This document shows positions 61,294 to 64,000 of a stretch of 64,000 nucleotides of DNA, in pieces; positions within the stretch are counted from its first letter, which is position 1; every line of letters begins with the position of its first letter. A program made the position numbers and the translations under genes. Under the pieces are notes generated by a model that saw nothing but the letters and a program-made list of their open reading frames with translations, did not search any database and was not told where the DNA came from. Origin of the DNA: Eledone cirrhosa (lineage: Eukaryota); contig OZ024742.1 in assembly GCA_964016885.1 (NCBI GenBank), forward strand, positions 350,176,001 to 350,240,000, written 5' to 3'.

Positions 61294-61422
61294 TATATAT
61301 ATATATATATATGGTTGAGGAATATTAAATATTACCCAGTTACAAGTATGACTATAGCTCGATGTAATATATCAAGTATAATACATAGCTGAAATACAAT
61401 GTAAATAAACTGTCAAACATTT

Positions 61423-61469
61423 AATAACTAACGACCGTTTCAGCCTAGCAGGTTTCTTCAGACTTATTA
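61423..61469 (-). ncRNA. Type I hammerhead motif, slightly decayed
   Basis: taataagt CTGAAGA aacc tgcta ggct GAAA cggtcg TT agttatta. Confidence 0.65.
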
Positions 61470-62598
61470 TAAAAGTTAAATTCAAATATAGGATATAAAA
61501 TTTGTTTCGGGAGCATTTGGAGGATACACATTATGAGAGGTTAGATAAGAGCAAACATTTATATTTATACAAGGTAACCAAGCAATACATGTGAAATACA
61601 TGTGAAACATAGTAGATAACAAATCAAGACCAGATAAAATGCGATAAAATAAAGTAAAATACATGAGGTTACAGATAAATGAAGTACAGTAAAAGCCCAT
61701 ATATAGTTGTGATCAAAACTGATGCTGAAGAAGTTGGTAATAGAGGACAAAGGAAACATGCAATTCAACATAAGCTTAAGGATTCAAGCATCTTAAAAGG
61801 TTTGATGCAAGTCCTCTATTACTAACATTTTCAGCATCAATTTTATCCACAAGTATATATGGACTTTTATACGTTGGATATCATTACCAAACAATTACTA
61901 TATATATATATCTGAGTGTGTGTGCATATGTGTGCGAGCGTATATATGTGTAATGTGTGTATTCATTTCACTTTGTATTATACAACATGTCACATCTTCC
62001 CCATTCCAAGCTTCATCTGGAAACGACATCTGGAAGTTAACTTCCGTGAGAAATTCGGAAATGCGAATACGTGCCAAATTGAATTATTCAAGTTGAAAAA
62101 CAAACAGTATTTAGTGATTTAGTTCAGTGTATTCACTTCGCTGATTCTACAAACTATATATACAGCTACTGCAGCTCATTATCTATAAATGCACATATGC
62201 ACAAACAACCCACGCACTCTCACACATATATATTGATAAGTTGTGAATATATTTACTTGCGAACGTTTAATAAACATACATTTAACGTTGTTGTACAAAT
62301 AGATCCTGGGTTTTAGATAAGAGATCTATCTAGAGAAATATTGGAGGACAACAGGTTAAGTTCTGGTTCGTAATTACCGGCTCATCTAGAGAGAGAGCGG
62401 GGGAGGGGGAAAGAGAGAGATAGGGAGAGTGGGAGGGGGAGAGAGCGGGAGCGAAAGAGTGGATACAGGTTTGGGAGGATTATTTATTTTCATAGCAATA
62501 GTCGCTCTCCGACAGGTTTGCGGTTGTACACTTGGCAGTGGAGACTTCTGGTGTCATCGGTCATACGAGTTGAATGGCTTTTCCAGCATGTATATATC

Positions 62599-62633
<35 letters not shown>

Positions 62634-62692
62634 ATGTGTGTGTAAATAGAGGCGTTTTACACCCATTTGAGCTCATACAGAATATAAATTAA

Positions 62693-62877
62693 TAATTGTT
62701 TCAGCTTTAGGAACAAGGCCAGCAATTACCAGTACATTACTGGTACTTTATTTTATCGACCCCGTAAGGATGAAAGGCAAAGTTAATCTCGGCGGGATTT
62801 TAACTCAGACTGTAAAGGGACGTAACTATGCTAGAAAGCATGGCGTCCAACCCTCTACCGATACTGCCAATTCACCT
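62693..62877 (-). mobile_element. tRNA-type SINE
   Basis: Reverse complement of the main SINE. Confidence 0.85.
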
Positions 62878-63149
62878 AAATTAATAATATCAACTGGGCA
62901 TGCGTATAGATTTCTGTCAATAGGAACTGATGGACATAATTCAACATATATTTGTGACATTATTTCGTGACGTAAATTTATTGACTACATATATGCTGAG
63001 CTACTTGACATTCGTACATTTAATAAACATACAATTAGTCACGCTATTGAGGATGACTCCTGTAATATTACATGTAGATTGCACATTTATTTACAACTTA
63101 TCAACACAGCCCTTCATATATCACCATTAGCGAGACTAAATTAAAAACG

Positions 63150-63790
63150 GTCCCTCGGTTCACCTACCTGGGATGTACCATCACGTCAGATGCCAAGATC
63201 GATAGACAACTCGACAACTGGCTAAGGTGAACAGTGTATTTGACAGACTGTACAATAGCGGCGTGAGGAACTACAACCACATGAAGAAGGGTACCAAGAT
63301 CAGCGTGTACAGTATAGTCCTTACTAGCCTCCTACATGGCTCAGAGTCGTGGGTCACTTATCGTCACCACTTTCAACTTCTCGAACCTTACACTAGCGTT
63401 GCCTCCCCACCATCCTCAACATTCACTGGAGAGACTTTGCCACCAATGTTGAAGTCCTAGAAAGGGCGGAGGTCAGCAGCATCAAGGCCATGTTGATGAA
63501 GTGCCAACAACACAAGCCAGATCACGTAGCCAGGATGAAGGATCGCCGCCTCTTCAGGACCACGCTGTACAGTGAACTCTCTCCTGGCCAACGTGAGAGA
63601 GGGGCACCAAGGATACGGTACAAGGACTGTTTCAAAAAAATCCCTTGTTGGCTGTTATATCCACCATCGTCCACTCTAGCTGAGCATCGTGACGCCTGGT
63701 TTCTCACCATCGACCATGTTATCTTCTTCTACGATAACACCGACAGGGCCACCCCCGAGGACAAATGTTACGGGAGAGAGAATCTCAACA
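63150..63790 (+). mobile_element. RTE/BovB-type LINE 3' fragment
   Basis: FTYLG, TKISVY..VLTSLLHGSESW, HVARM.DRR, LYSEL..GQRERGAPR.RYKD. Confidence 0.85.
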
Positions 63791-64000
63791 CCGCGTTGTC
63801 AAACACCGATATCAACATGGCGTTATCAAACCCCGATATCAACACCACGTTATCAAACCCCGATATCAACACCGTGATATGAAACCCCGATATCAACACC
63901 TCGTTATCAAACCCCTTTATCAACACCGTGTTGTCAAACCCCGATATCAATACCTCGTTATCAAACCCCGATATCAATATCGTGTTATCAAACCCCGATA
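63785..64000. repeat. 27-bp tandem repeat running off the window
   Basis: Unit aaaccccgatatcaacaccgtgttatc, about 8 copies, arising at the RTE 3' end. Confidence 0.9.

Overview
AT-rich animal genomic DNA with no recognisable host protein-coding gene. The SINE resembles octopus repeats as I recall them, so a cephalopod source is likely but inferred. The window is a mosaic of (TA)n/(CA)n microsatellites, about 14 copies of one tRNA-type SINE, two non-autonomous Helitrons, fragments of CR1-like, Tx1-like, CRE-like and RTE LINEs, and three families of Penelope-like elements (PLEs; RT plus C-terminal GIY-YIG endonuclease). The main hidden signal is a ribozyme-retroelement system. More than 20 short or long inserts sit in (TA)n tracts as asymmetric fold-back inverted repeats, and most carry a type I hammerhead ribozyme (HHR) fold. 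These folds include variant cores (U3-A8, U4C, a mismatched 10.1-11.1 pair), very long stem II inserts, a tandem 433-nt retrozyme-like unit and a shared GAGYNCT motif near the 3' end. Several short non-coding families match the terminal repeats of the coding PLEs in the same window. All structures were read by eye; no folding, alignment or database search was run, and boundaries are approximate.
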